A stretch of DNA of 48,442 nt from a bacterium (GTDB taxonomy: Bacteria; Myxococcota_A; UBA9160; UBA4427). The stretch spans positions 1 to 48,442 of the forward strand of contig JAUIMK010000003.1 of assembly GCA_030432735.1 (NCBI GenBank), in the 5' to 3' direction. Within the stretch, counting starts at the first letter, position 1. The number at the start of each line of letters is the position of its first letter. Made by a program: the position numbers and the translations under genes. The notes under the pieces were generated by a model that worked only from the letters and a program-made list of their open reading frames with translations, did not search any database and was not told where the DNA came from. Shown here in pieces: positions 27,884 to 37,901 of the stretch.

Positions 27884-29116
27884 CTAGGCGCCGGCCTGCC
27901 CCTCGCTTCGAACCTTCTCGAGGAAGGCCGCGACGGCGAGGACGGCGTGCTCCGTGCGCGGCGACTGGAAGATCTCGAACGCGTGCTGAGCCCCCTCGAG
28001 CTCCGCGAAGAGGACCGGGGCGTTGCTCTTCTCGCGGAGCGCGGCGACGAACGTCACGGCTTCCTCGGCCATCACCAGGCTGTCGTGGGAGCCCTGGATC
28101 ACGAAGAAGGGCGGCGCCTCCGCGTGCACGCGCCCGAGCGGGCAGACCGACTCCCAGAGCTCCGGATTCTCGTCGGGGCTGCACTTGAAGACCAGCGGCC
28201 CGAGCGCGTCCGCCATCTTGCCGAGCTTGCGATCGTCGGCGCGATCGAGGAAGTCGAAGACGCCGTAGAAGGGCACCGCGGCCGCGAGACGGGTGTCGAC
28301 CTGCTCGAAGCCGGGCTGGAAGCGCGGATCGTTGGCGGTCAACGCGGCGAGGGACGACAGGTGGCCTCCTGCGGAGCCGCCGGTGATGCAGACGAAGTCG
28401 GGGTCGCCCCCGTACTCGGCGATGTGCTCGCGGATCCAGGCGATCGCCCGCTTCACGTCGACGATCTGATCCGGCATCGTCGCCTTCGGGCTCAGCCGAT
28501 AGTTGATCGCGACGCAGACCCACCCGCGCGACGCCATCTCGCGCATGAGGGGGCGCCCCTGCTCGCGCTTGTCGCCGATGATCCAGGCCCCGCCGTGGAC
28601 CTGTAGGAGCACTGGCCGCCGGTCGCCGGGCGCTGCCGCCCGGGGCACGACGAGGTCGAGGAGGTTTCGCCCGCCCTTGTCTCCCGGGAGCGACTCGCCG
28701 TAGGGGATGTCGTAGAGGCGCTTCACGTCGGGATGCGCGAAGCCGAACGGATTCGGGAACCCGTGGAAGGCCGAGACGACGCGATCGACGGAGAGTCCCT
28801 CCGGCGCGAGGGCCGCGGCGAAGGTGCCGCCCGCCGCCACGCTCCTTCGATGGGCTACGAGGAGCAGCCCCCAGGACGCGAGGGTGAGCACCAGCCCCGC
28901 TTGTCCCGTCGGCGCCTCGAGGGCTCCGTACGAGACGAAGATCGCGGTGACCGCGGCTTCGATCGCGAGGGTCCAGAGCACCAGCTCGCCCCGGAGCCAG
29001 CCGACGACGAAGGTCGGCACGAGCAATCCGCCCACGATCCGGACGCGCGGCACGACGGCGAGGCTGAGGAGAAGGCCCACGATGGAGAGGGCCAAAAAGG
29101 CGTTGGGCACGTTCAT
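27884..29116 (-). CDS. Alpha/beta hydrolase (HSL-type esterase) with N-terminal membrane anchor
   Basis: HGGAW, NYRLSP, GGSAGG, D in HDSLV, H in AQHAFE. Confidence 0.92.
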   Translation of the reverse strand: MNVPNAFLALSIVGLLLSLAVVPRVRIVGGLLVPTFVVGWLRGELVLWTLAIEAAVTAIFVSYGALEAPTGQAGLVLTLASWGLLLVAHRRSVAAGGTFAAALAPEGLSVDRVVSAFHGFPNPFGFAHPDVKRLYDIPYGESLPGDKGGRNLLDLVVPRAAAPGDRRPVLLQVHGGAWIIGDKREQGRPLMREMASRGWVCVAINYRLSPKATMPDQIVDVKRAIAWIREHIAEYGGDPDFVCITGGSAGGHLSSLAALTANDPRFQPGFEQVDTRLAAAVPFYGVFDFLDRADDRKLGKMADALGPLVFKCSPDENPELWESVCPLGRVHAEAPPFFVIQGSHDSLVMAEEAVTFVAALREKSNAPVLFAELEGAQHAFEIFQSPRTEHAVLAVAAFLEKVRSEGQAGA

Positions 29117-29375
29117 CGGAGCCTTTCCTCGATGCGAGCGGGAGACCTCGATCGGGCCTCGGGCCGACATCCCAGAATCGACTCGAGAGTACAAGAGTGA
29201 AGCGCGCGGAAAAACACCGGAATCAGGGTCCGGAGAGGCTTCGTCGGTCGCACGCGAATGAAGGCAGGAAAGACCCGACCGCGCCTCGTTCTGCGGCTCC
29301 CGGAGGCGCGCCGGGTATGCCAGAATCGCCACCCGCCCGCGACGAGCCGGGACGACAGCTTCGGAGTATCCCTGA

Positions 29376-30491
29376 ATGAGCGAAGAGATCGCGAACGTAA
29401 ACCCGCTCGGCCACGCGAGCGACGACGAAGCGCTCCGCGCGCCCTTCCGCGACTGGCTCGCATCGAAGTGGACGGACGTGGAAGACCTCGAGGTCGCGCC
29501 CTTCGAGGTCCCGAAGTCCGGCTATTCCGCGAAGACGGTCTTCGTTCCGCTCGCCTACACGCGAGACGGCCAGCGGGTCGAGGAGAAGGTCTGCCTGCGG
29601 ATCGAGAATCCGGAGCCCGCGATCTATCCGCAGCAGGCGCCCGGCCTCGACGTCGAGATCGAGATCCAATACCGGTCGATGGAGCTGCTCGAGAAGACCG
29701 GCAAGGTCCCGCTGGCGAAGCCGCTCGGCTACGAGGCCGATCCCAGCATCCTCGGCCAGCCCTTCTTCGTGATGGAGTTCGCGGGCGGCGACGTCATGAC
29801 GGAGGATCCGCCGTATACCCAGGCGGGCTTCTTCTTCGACGCGAGTCCCGACGAGCGCCGGAAGATCTACCGGCGCGCGATGCAGCAGATGGTGAACTTC
29901 CACACCATCGACTGGCAGGACGCCGGCTTCGACTGGCTCGTCGCGCCCGGAGCGACGCCTTCGGTCGAGCGGCAGATCGACGTCTGGGAGAGCTACGGAC
30001 GCCGCGAGCTCGGCGACCGGGTCCACGAAGACTTCGAGATCGGCATCGAGTGGCTGCGCAAGAACCTCCCGACGGACCTCCCGCCGGCGCTGTCCTGGGG
30101 CGACTCGCGCCCCGGCAACATCATCTTCCGGAACAACGAGGTCCACGCGATCACGGATTTCGAGAACATCGCCGTGGCGCCGAAGGAGATCGACGTCGGC
30201 TGGTGGATGCTCTTCGATCGCACGATGCACGAAGCGATCGGCAACGAGCGCCCGGCCGGCGAGCCGACGCGGCAGGAGGCGCGCGCGCTCTATGCGGAGC
30301 TCGCTGGCGAGCCGGTGCCCGACACGTTCTATCACGAGATCCTGGGCGGGGTGCGCTACGCGGCCATCGTCGTTCGCGTGATGAACCGCATGGTCGATCG
30401 CGGGCAGCTCCCGGCGGACCACACCATCTGGCTGAACAATCCCGCTGCCACGGCCCTCTCGCAGCTCCTCGACAAGGGCGGACTCCGGTAA
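29376..30491 (+). CDS. Phosphotransferase (APH/choline kinase-like) family protein
   Basis: LGQPFFVME, WGDSRPGNIIF, TDFE. Confidence 0.9.
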   Translation: MSEEIANVNPLGHASDDEALRAPFRDWLASKWTDVEDLEVAPFEVPKSGYSAKTVFVPLAYTRDGQRVEEKVCLRIENPEPAIYPQQAPGLDVEIEIQYRSMELLEKTGKVPLAKPLGYEADPSILGQPFFVMEFAGGDVMTEDPPYTQAGFFFDASPDERRKIYRRAMQQMVNFHTIDWQDAGFDWLVAPGATPSVERQIDVWESYGRRELGDRVHEDFEIGIEWLRKNLPTDLPPALSWGDSRPGNIIFRNNEVHAITDFENIAVAPKEIDVGWWMLFDRTMHEAIGNERPAGEPTRQEARALYAELAGEPVPDTFYHEILGGVRYAAIVVRVMNRMVDRGQLPADHTIWLNNPAATALSQLLDKGGLR

Positions 30492-30520
30492 CCCGGAGCG
30501 AAGCCCACGGTCCGCCGAAG

Positions 30521-31072
30521 GTGTCCTCCCTCCCCGTCTCGTACGCCCTCACGTCGACCGCTCTGTTCCTGCTGGTGCTCGCCCTCGCCTGCACGTCGCC
30601 GGCGGGCACGCGCCTCGACCTACGGCCCCGTGACGGGTCCCTGCGAGCGGGGCACGAGGTCGAGGTCAAAGCCGGGCCCGCCGTCGAGTTCCTCGAGGTC
30701 GACGGAACGGCGGTCGACGCGACCGGTCTCGTGCTCGCACCGGGAAGACATGCCATCCGCTACCGCGTGCGTCGCCACCTGCGCAAGGTCAGCGACATGC
30801 TCGACGGCGTGTTCCACATCGGAGAGTGCCGCCTCGAGATCGACGCGCTGCGCGGCTTCGACTACGAGGTGCGCTACGCCGCCCGCCAGGAGACCGGCGC
30901 GACGCGCGGCCCGGGCCTCGGCGCGGGCGCGCAGGCGCAGCGCTTCCGAACGCAGATGGTCCTCGAGAACACCGTCACCGGCGATCTCGTCCCCCTGCCC
31001 TGCGAGCTCGGCTTCGATTGCCGCCGGCTGAAGGACGGCGTGCGCCGCTCTCGCTTCTGCGTGCTCGACTGA
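30521..31072 (+). CDS. Hypothetical lipoprotein
   Basis: Hydrophobic signal ending LALAC; start codon uncertain. Confidence 0.6.
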   Translation: MSSLPVSYALTSTALFLLVLALACTSPAGTRLDLRPRDGSLRAGHEVEVKAGPAVEFLEVDGTAVDATGLVLAPGRHAIRYRVRRHLRKVSDMLDGVFHIGECRLEIDALRGFDYEVRYAARQETGATRGPGLGAGAQAQRFRTQMVLENTVTGDLVPLPCELGFDCRRLKDGVRRSRFCVLD

Positions 31073-31103
31073 CGCGGCGCGCGCTGGATCGACGCCCCGG
31101 GAC

Positions 31104-33101
31104 TCAGTCCGGCAGCGCGTAGGCGACGAGCGCGTCGCCCGGCTTCGTGCCGAGGAGCATGTGTCCGCCGGCCGCGATCACGACGTACTGCTTGCCGTCC
31201 GGGTCGAGGCGATACGTCATCGGCGTGGCCTGCGCGCTGGCGGGGAGCCGCGCCTTCCAGAGCTCTTCGCCCGTCTCGGTCGCGAAGGCGCGCACGTAGG
31301 CGTCCGTCGTCGCCCCGATGAACGTGAGGCCGCTCGCGGTCGTGATCGGCCCGCCCAGGTTCGGCACACCGATATCGCCGAGGAACCACCAGATGGGCCA
31401 CGGTGCGAGGTCCCGCGCGTTGCCGAGCGGCACTTCCCAACGCACGTCGCCGGTCGCGAGGTCCACGCCGACCAGGGTTCCCCACGGCGGCGGGTTGCAG
31501 GGCGCGCCCAACATCGGCGAGAGGAGCGGGTAGCGCTCGAGGGCATAGGGCGTGCCGAGCTGGGGCTCGAAGCCGAAGGCCGGCTCCTCGCCCCCGTTCG
31601 CCTCGACCATCGCGTCGTACTCGGCCCGCGGCACCATCCGGATGTAGGTCGCGATCCGCTGCGTGTTGACGACGAGCATCCCCCGTCCCTGGTCCACCGA
31701 GAGCGAGCCCCAGTTGAGACCGCCGACCATGCCCGGGTACTGGATCGTGCCCTGGGTGCTCGGCGGCGTGAAGATCCCCTCCGAGCGCGCGGCCTCGATG
31801 ATCTCTCGACAGGCGGCCTTCTCCCAGGGCGTGAAGCCGAAGGCGTCCTCCGGCCGGAGTCGGTCCGGGTGGAGCGGCGGCGGCTTGACCGGGAAGGGCT
31901 GCGTCGGCGAGAGCTCCGTCTCCTCGGGCACGCCGCGCCGCGGCACGCGCCGTTCCTCGACCGGGAGGAGCGGCTCGCCCGTACCGCGGTCGAGGAAGAA
32001 GAGATGCCCCATCTTGGTCGCGGCGATCACGCCGGGACGCGTCCCGCCCTCCGTCGGAAAGTCGAAGAGCACCGGCTGCGCGCCGATGTCGTAGTCCCAG
32101 ACGTCGTGGTGAACGGTCTGGAAGTTCCACACGACCTCGCCGGAATCGCCGTCGAGGGCGATGATCGAGCTCGAGTAGTAGTCGAGGCCGTCGCGGTGAC
32201 CGCCGTAGTAGTCGGGGCTCGTGTTCCCGGTCGGGACGTAGATCAGATTGCGCACGGGATCCGCCGACAGCGCGGTCCAGGCGTTCGAGGTCCCACGACG
32301 GTACTCACCGGTCCGGGTCGTGACCTCTCCGGGCACGAGCGCGTTCCAGGCCCACAATCGCTTCCCGGTCCGCGCCGAGTACGCGCGGACGACGCCGCTC
32401 GGCGCGTCGACCCGCCGATTGTCGAGGACCATCGACCCGGTCACGATCCGATCGCCGAGCACGACCGGCGGCGACGTGACGCCGTACTCGCCGGGACCGA
32501 CTTCGCCGATCCCCTCCGTGAGGTCGACCGTTCCGTCCTCGCCGAAATTCGGGCAAGGCTCGCCGGTCAGGGCGTCGAGAGCGATCAGGCGCGCATCGAT
32601 CGTCCCCGTGAAGATCCGCGTCGCGCAGTGTGCCCCCGGCTGCGCACGGGCATCGGTCCACGCGCTCACACCGCGGCAGTTGAGCAGATACTGCCCTGCG
32701 AGACTCACCTTCGGGTCGTACTTCCAGCGCTCCTCGCCGGTCTCCGCGTCGAGCGCGATCACCTTGTTGAAGGGCGAGCAGACGTAGAGGGTGTCGTCGA
32801 CCAGGATCGGGGTGTTCTGGAAGGTCGTCGACGCCGGCGTGCCGTGGGCCCCGACCTCGCCGAGGGTGCCACCGAGGATGTCGCCGTGGTTGTAGGTCCA
32901 GGCCACCTCGAGGTTCGAGACGTTCTCCGGGGTGATCTGATCGAGCACCGAGTGCCGCCGCCCGCCCGCATCACCGCCGTAGCTGTCCCAGCCGGCGACG
33001 ACGTCGCTCTCGTTCGGCGCGACCGAGCCCGAGTCACCACAACCGGCGACGAACGAGAGCGAGACGACGGCGAGAATCGGAGCGAGGCGATTTCGGAACA
33101 T
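31104..33101 (-). CDS. PQQ-dependent dehydrogenase (glucose/quinate/shikimate family), lipoprotein
   Basis: VAGC lipobox; QITPENV, NTPI, CRGV, HHDVWDYD, PPWG, ATPMTY, KQYVVIAAGGH. Confidence 0.93.
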   Translation of the reverse strand: MFRNRLAPILAVVSLSFVAGCGDSGSVAPNESDVVAGWDSYGGDAGGRRHSVLDQITPENVSNLEVAWTYNHGDILGGTLGEVGAHGTPASTTFQNTPILVDDTLYVCSPFNKVIALDAETGEERWKYDPKVSLAGQYLLNCRGVSAWTDARAQPGAHCATRIFTGTIDARLIALDALTGEPCPNFGEDGTVDLTEGIGEVGPGEYGVTSPPVVLGDRIVTGSMVLDNRRVDAPSGVVRAYSARTGKRLWAWNALVPGEVTTRTGEYRRGTSNAWTALSADPVRNLIYVPTGNTSPDYYGGHRDGLDYYSSSIIALDGDSGEVVWNFQTVHHDVWDYDIGAQPVLFDFPTEGGTRPGVIAATKMGHLFFLDRGTGEPLLPVEERRVPRRGVPEETELSPTQPFPVKPPPLHPDRLRPEDAFGFTPWEKAACREIIEAARSEGIFTPPSTQGTIQYPGMVGGLNWGSLSVDQGRGMLVVNTQRIATYIRMVPRAEYDAMVEANGGEEPAFGFEPQLGTPYALERYPLLSPMLGAPCNPPPWGTLVGVDLATGDVRWEVPLGNARDLAPWPIWWFLGDIGVPNLGGPITTASGLTFIGATTDAYVRAFATETGEELWKARLPASAQATPMTYRLDPDGKQYVVIAAGGHMLLGTKPGDALVAYALPD

Positions 33102-33172
33102 GGAGCCTTCCTGTGGCCGCCGAGGACGTGGCGGCGTGCGGGCACGCAGTCTAGACCGGTGGACCCCGGCCG

Positions 33173-33622
33173 CTAGTCGTCCAGGGGCGACGACTGCCCG
33201 ACCGGATCGAAGAGGCGGCGCTGGGCATAGTGCGTGTCGAGGTGTTCGTGGATCTCGGCGATCCGGCCGTCGCGAACCGTGAAGACGAAGACGTACTGGT
33301 TCTCGTAGGGGGCGCCCTTCGCCGTCGTCGCCGTCATCGTCATCTCGACGAAGACATGCTCGTCGGAGGCCGCCCGCGCCGTCGGCCGGATGTCGAGGGA
33401 GCCGGCTGCGTAGAGATCCACGCCGCCTCCCATGCCCGCGAGCACGGCGTCCTTTCCCACCCAGGGCCCCGGCATCGGCGAGCTCTGGGGCGTCCGCCAG
33501 ACCACGTCGTCGGTGAAGAGATCCCCGATCTCCGGATCGCCGCTCGCGACGGCCGCGAAGTACCGGTCGATCAGCTCGAGATTCGGGTGGACGGGGCGCG
33601 GGTCGGATCGGGATTCAGCCAT
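33173..33622 (-). CDS. NTF2/SnoaL-like protein
   Basis: DDVVW, YENQYVFVFTVRDGRIAEIHEHLDT. Confidence 0.85.
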   Translation of the reverse strand: MAESRSDPRPVHPNLELIDRYFAAVASGDPEIGDLFTDDVVWRTPQSSPMPGPWVGKDAVLAGMGGGVDLYAAGSLDIRPTARAASDEHVFVEMTMTATTAKGAPYENQYVFVFTVRDGRIAEIHEHLDTHYAQRRLFDPVGQSSPLDD

Positions 33623-33695
33623 CCGGGTACGGTAGCCTCCGGAGCCCGCGGATCGGCCGATCCTTCGACGCCCGATCGACGACGAGAGGATCTCC

Positions 33696-34664
33696 TTGCT
33701 TCGCGCTCCCCTCCTCCACTTCCTGCTGCTCGGCGGACTCTTCTACGCGTTCCAGTCGATCGGCTCCGATACGGCCGAGGTGCCCGTCGTCGAGGTGCAG
33801 CGGAGCGCGATCGAGGAGCGGATCGACGTGTACCGGCAGCAGATGGGGCGCGCGCCCAGCCCCGAGGAAGCGCAGTCGATCGAGCGGCAGGTCGTGGACG
33901 AAGCGCTCTGGCTCCAGCAGGCCTTCGCGATCGGGCTGCACGAGGTCGACTCGGTCGTCCGCCAGCGGCTGCTCCTCAACATGCGCTTTCTCGAGGGCGA
34001 GAGCGACGCGAGCGAGGCGGAGCTGATCGAACGCGCCATCGAGCTCGGCATGGATCGAAGCGACACCGTCGTCCAGCGCCGTCTCATCGATCGTGTCCAG
34101 GCGATCCTCCGCGCCGGCGTGCGCGCCCAGCCGCCGGACGACGCGACCCTCGAGGCCCACTACGAGACGACGGCGGAGCGCTGGCGGGAGCCGCCGCTGC
34201 TGGATCTCTCGCACGTCTACTTGTCCCGTGATCGACGTGGCGACGCGACCGTCGCGGACGCGACGAAGCTGCTGGCGCGAGTGCGGCGGGAGTCGCTCGA
34301 GGCCGAGGCCGCGATCGCGTTGGGGGACCCCTTCCTCGCGGGCCATCGTCTGCGCGGCGCCAGCCCGAACCGGATCGTCGCGCGGCTCGGCCCGAGCTTC
34401 GCGGACGGCGTCGCGGAGGCGGAGACGGGAACCTGGCTCGGGCCGGTGGAGAGCGCCTTCGGCCAGCACCTCGTCTGGATCCACGATCGCGTCGAGAGCC
34501 GGATTCCACCCCTCGAGGAGATCCGCACCCGGGTCCTCGAGGACTGGATCGAGCAGGAGTCGCGGCGCGTGCTCCGCGAACACGTCGACGCGCGGCGCAC
34601 GCAGGTCGAGGTCCGCATCCTCGACGACACGGGCGCCGGCCGCCGGGAGCCCGCGGCGGGCTAG
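33696..34664 (+). CDS. PpiC/parvulin-type peptidyl-prolyl isomerase family protein
   Basis: PLLHFLLLG N-terminus, DSVVRQRL, HVYL, GDPF, WLGPVESAFGQHLV; TTG start. Confidence 0.85.
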   Translation: MLRAPLLHFLLLGGLFYAFQSIGSDTAEVPVVEVQRSAIEERIDVYRQQMGRAPSPEEAQSIERQVVDEALWLQQAFAIGLHEVDSVVRQRLLLNMRFLEGESDASEAELIERAIELGMDRSDTVVQRRLIDRVQAILRAGVRAQPPDDATLEAHYETTAERWREPPLLDLSHVYLSRDRRGDATVADATKLLARVRRESLEAEAAIALGDPFLAGHRLRGASPNRIVARLGPSFADGVAEAETGTWLGPVESAFGQHLVWIHDRVESRIPPLEEIRTRVLEDWIEQESRRVLREHVDARRTQVEVRILDDTGAGRREPAAG

Positions 34665-34679
34665 CCGGAGGTCCGTCGC

Positions 34680-35090
34680 TCAGTCGCCGGCGACGTGGAC
34701 GACGACGGTTCGGGGCCCCGGGGCGTGGCGGTGCTCCCAGAGATAGATGCCCTGCCAGGTCCCCAACGCCAGGCGTCCGTCGGCGACGGGAATCGAGAGC
34801 GACGTCGCCGTCAGCGCCGCCTTCACGTGGGCCGGCATGTCGTCCGGCCCTTCGAGGGTATGCGTGAAGAGCGCGTCGTCCTCGGGCACCAGGCGCGTGA
34901 GCCAGCGCTCGAGGTCCCGCCGCGCGGACGGATCCGCGTTCTCCTGGATCACGAGGCTGGCCGACGTGTGCTGCACGAAGAGCGTGCAGAGCCCGTCACC
35001 GATCCGCGCGTGCGCGACGGTCTCCGCCACCTGATCCGTGATCTCGAAGAGTCCCTGTCCCCGCGGACGGATGCGGATTCGATCGATCAT
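34680..35090 (-). CDS. yjbQ: UPF0047/YjbQ family protein
   Basis: HTSASL.IQENADP, EGPDDMPAHVK, LGTWQGIYLWEHR. Confidence 0.93.
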   Translation of the reverse strand: MIDRIRIRPRGQGLFEITDQVAETVAHARIGDGLCTLFVQHTSASLVIQENADPSARRDLERWLTRLVPEDDALFTHTLEGPDDMPAHVKAALTATSLSIPVADGRLALGTWQGIYLWEHRHAPGPRTVVVHVAGD

Positions 35091-35151
35091 GCGATGCGCC
35101 TCTCCCGCTCTGCGAAGCACCGTGCCGGCAGGCCGGGGAAGCGCGCCGTTC

Positions 35152-35210
35152 CGCCGAGCGCCCGCAGGCGACGGTGACGGTTCCCTCGCCGAGCGCCCGC
35201 AGGCGACGGT
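35152..35210. repeat. Perfect 24-bp direct repeat, two copies
   Basis: CGCCGAGCGCCCGCAGGCGACGGT at 35152-35175 and 35187-35210. Confidence 0.85.
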
Positions 35211-35477
35211 TCAGTCGGCGCGCCGGGAGTCCGTCTGCGCCGGCTTCTCCGCGCGGCGCCGCCCGCCGGACCGGACCGCGCGCAGCGGCTCGAGATCGGC
35301 CACCAGGAAGGGGCGGGTCACCCCGTTCTCGCCGTCGATCGCCACCTGGTGTCCCAGCACCGCGACGCCGGGCGCCTGGCTGCTCGGCGCGTCCGCGATG
35401 GTCCCTCGGGCGCCGGTGTACTCGTGGTTCGGGTTGATCACGCGGACGCGGTCGCCGCGGCGAAACGGGGAGCTCAT
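35211..35477 (-). CDS. Small SH3/KOW-like hypothetical protein
   Basis: FRRGDRVRVI...YTGARGTI...DLE pattern; GAGG SD. Confidence 0.7.
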   Translation of the reverse strand: MSSPFRRGDRVRVINPNHEYTGARGTIADAPSSQAPGVAVLGHQVAIDGENGVTRPFLVADLEPLRAVRSGGRRRAEKPAQTDSRRAD

Positions 35478-35568
35478 CGGGGATCCTCTCGGCGCCGAGC
35501 GGGGGGTGGCCCCGGCGCGGATCCGAGAGTGTTGCAGATCTCGCCGCCGTGCGGGAGAGCCGGGTCGC

Positions 35569-37659
35569 TCATCGCGCGGTGACCTCCTCCACGAGGGGCG
35601 ACGGCGTCCCCACGCTCGTCATCCAGAGCTGATGGACGGCGCGGGTCGCGGCAACGTGGAGCTGGCGCCGCGAGGCCGGCGTGTCGGGGTAGTGCTTCGC
35701 ATCGACGTCGAGCACGATCACGTAGTCGAACTCGAGGCCCTTCACCTGGGTGACCTCGGTGACCTCGATGCCCGCCTTGAAGGGGAACTCCCCGTCGCGG
35801 ATGCGCCGCAAGCGCGGCAGCTCCGCCCGCGCGAGCCCCTCGTAGTAGAGGTCGCTCGCGTGCTCGTTCGGCGTCAGCACCGCGACGCTCGCCAGGGGCT
35901 CCGTCGCCATCAGGTCCCGGAGCACGTCGGAGAGGAACGCGACGCAGGCGCCACGATCGGTCATCCGGAAGAGCTCGACCGGCGGCCCCGACCGCGTGGT
36001 CACGACTTCTTCGTCTTCCTGCAGATTTCCGAGCAGGGACGTCGCGAAGCGCATGACCTGCTCCGAGGATCGGTAGCTGACCTTGAGCGTCTCGATCTCG
36101 GCGCCTCCGAGCCCCAGCTCTTCGAAGAAGCCGGTCCAGCTCGTGAAGCCGGAGTTCTCCATCAGGTGCTGCTGGGTATCGCCCGAGAGCGTGATGCTCG
36201 ACTCGCGCTCCATGCACTCGAGCAGCACGCGCACCTCGATCGGCGCGAAGTCCTGGACCTCGTCGATCGCGATGTGACGAAGCCGGAGCGGGCGCTTGCC
36301 GCGCTCGAGCGGGCCGATCCTGCGCTGCCAAGCGCGAAGGAGGAGCGCATCGTCCTCCGCGTCGAGGCCGGCGTCCGCCTCTTCGTCCCCCGCCTGGAAC
36401 TCCGAGATCGCCTCGAGGCGCCGGCGATTCCAGTCCACGAATCGGTCGAGCTCGCTGTCGCTGAAGGCCCCGGGTGCCACCTCGGCGAAGACGTCCCCGA
36501 GCAGCCGCCGTTGCGTGAGCACGCTCGCCCAGTCGTCCGTCGCCTGGTCGACGGTCCGGCCACCGGGCACCCGGGCGACCTGTCTCTCGAGGGCGACGTC
36601 GAGCGCGGAGTGGAGCTTGATGCGCTGGACGACGGCGGGCGTGTCCTCGCGCTGCGCGTTCGGAAGGCGCGGGAAGTGGCGCTTGCGTTCCTCGAGGATC
36701 CAGTCGCGATAGGTGGTGATCCGGACGCCTTCCAGTCCCAGGGAGGGGAGGACGTGCGCGACGTAGCGCGCCAGCGCACGCGAGAAGACGACCACGAGCG
36801 TATCCGGCCCGTCGATCCGCTCGTCGGCGTAGGCGAGGTACGCGATCCGGTGGAGGGCCACCGTCGTCTTGCCGGATCCCGCGCTCCCGCGGATCACGAG
36901 GTAGCCGGCGGCCGGCCGGGTGATCAGGTCGAACTGGGTCGGGTCGATCAGACTCGTGATCTCGGGGAGATGTTTGTCGGCGCGAAGCGCCTCGCCCATC
37001 CGCCCCTCGCCCATCCTTCGCGTGAGGTCGAGGCTGTCCGCGTCGTAGCGGAGCGCCGCGGCCTCGCCGCCCGCGAGCTTCGGCGTCCCCGTCTCGTTGC
37101 GACGCCAGCCGGAAGGCATCGCCGCATCGAGGCTGTAGTCCCCTTCCGGCGCCTGCACGCGCTCGAGTACGCCGTCCCGGATCCGTACCATGCGGCGGGC
37201 CAGCACTTCCCCCGAGCGCTCGCGCCCGGAGATCTCCTCGTCGAATTCCTCGCCCTGACGGTAGCTGTAGAAGATCTTGCTGATCGGGGCGTCCCGCCAG
37301 TCGACGATGCGCAGCCCCTTCTCGAGGCAGGTCGTGTGGCCGAGGAAGAGGTCGCGCCGTCGGCCCTCCTCTTCGAGCCGCAGGTGCGCGAAGTACGGAG
37401 ACGCCGCATCGACCTGGACCGCCTGGCCCGCTCGGCGGAGCTGGTTCAGGATCGCGGACTGATTGTGGTACTGCTCGGTCAGCGCCGAGAGGTCCTTGTT
37501 CTCGTCCCCCGAGAGCAGCCGCTCGCGGATCCGCTCGAGCTCCTTGACGATCGGCGCTTCGCTCGCGGTCTTCGCCGGCGGGAGCGCAGCGAGCCTCCGC
37601 GAGACGTCCTCGAGCGCTTCGAGCTCCTCTCGAACGACCTCGTCCGGCCGATCGTCCAT
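35569..37659 (-). CDS. HelD-like SF1 ATPase (RNA polymerase recycling factor / UvrD-like)
   Basis: PYFAHL, IVDWRDAP, GSAGSGKTTVALHRIAYL, DEVQD, GDTQQ, SYRS, KGLEFD, VAATRA. Confidence 0.85.
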   Translation of the reverse strand: MDDRPDEVVREELEALEDVSRRLAALPPAKTASEAPIVKELERIRERLLSGDENKDLSALTEQYHNQSAILNQLRRAGQAVQVDAASPYFAHLRLEEEGRRRDLFLGHTTCLEKGLRIVDWRDAPISKIFYSYRQGEEFDEEISGRERSGEVLARRMVRIRDGVLERVQAPEGDYSLDAAMPSGWRRNETGTPKLAGGEAAALRYDADSLDLTRRMGEGRMGEALRADKHLPEITSLIDPTQFDLITRPAAGYLVIRGSAGSGKTTVALHRIAYLAYADERIDGPDTLVVVFSRALARYVAHVLPSLGLEGVRITTYRDWILEERKRHFPRLPNAQREDTPAVVQRIKLHSALDVALERQVARVPGGRTVDQATDDWASVLTQRRLLGDVFAEVAPGAFSDSELDRFVDWNRRRLEAISEFQAGDEEADAGLDAEDDALLLRAWQRRIGPLERGKRPLRLRHIAIDEVQDFAPIEVRVLLECMERESSITLSGDTQQHLMENSGFTSWTGFFEELGLGGAEIETLKVSYRSSEQVMRFATSLLGNLQEDEEVVTTRSGPPVELFRMTDRGACVAFLSDVLRDLMATEPLASVAVLTPNEHASDLYYEGLARAELPRLRRIRDGEFPFKAGIEVTEVTQVKGLEFDYVIVLDVDAKHYPDTPASRRQLHVAATRAVHQLWMTSVGTPSPLVEEVTAR

Positions 37660-37901
37660 CGCTGGCTGCCCCCCTGACTCGGCGATTGCCGGCTGTTCCC
37701 GGCTCGCGCTTCGCGGCCCGCCCCGGACGCGCGGAACGCCCCGAGACGACGGTCGCGCTCGCTGCGCCGCCGCCGCGAGGCGGTCTCTGTTTATACGCGC
37801 TTTTCGCGGGGCTGCCTAGCCTGTCGACCGCGTGGGGCGGAGCGAGGTGTGCTGCGCGTCACGACGCTGCCGCGCAGCCTTCGATCGTCTTCCGGGCGAG
37901 C

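Noticed and set aside
29117-29375. Riboswitch or sRNA in the long divergent intergenic region
   Set aside because: Some pairing potential but no recognisable aptamer consensus; an Rfam/Infernal scan would be needed
35152-35210. Mini-CRISPR
   Set aside because: Only two repeats with an 11-bp spacer, no cas genes
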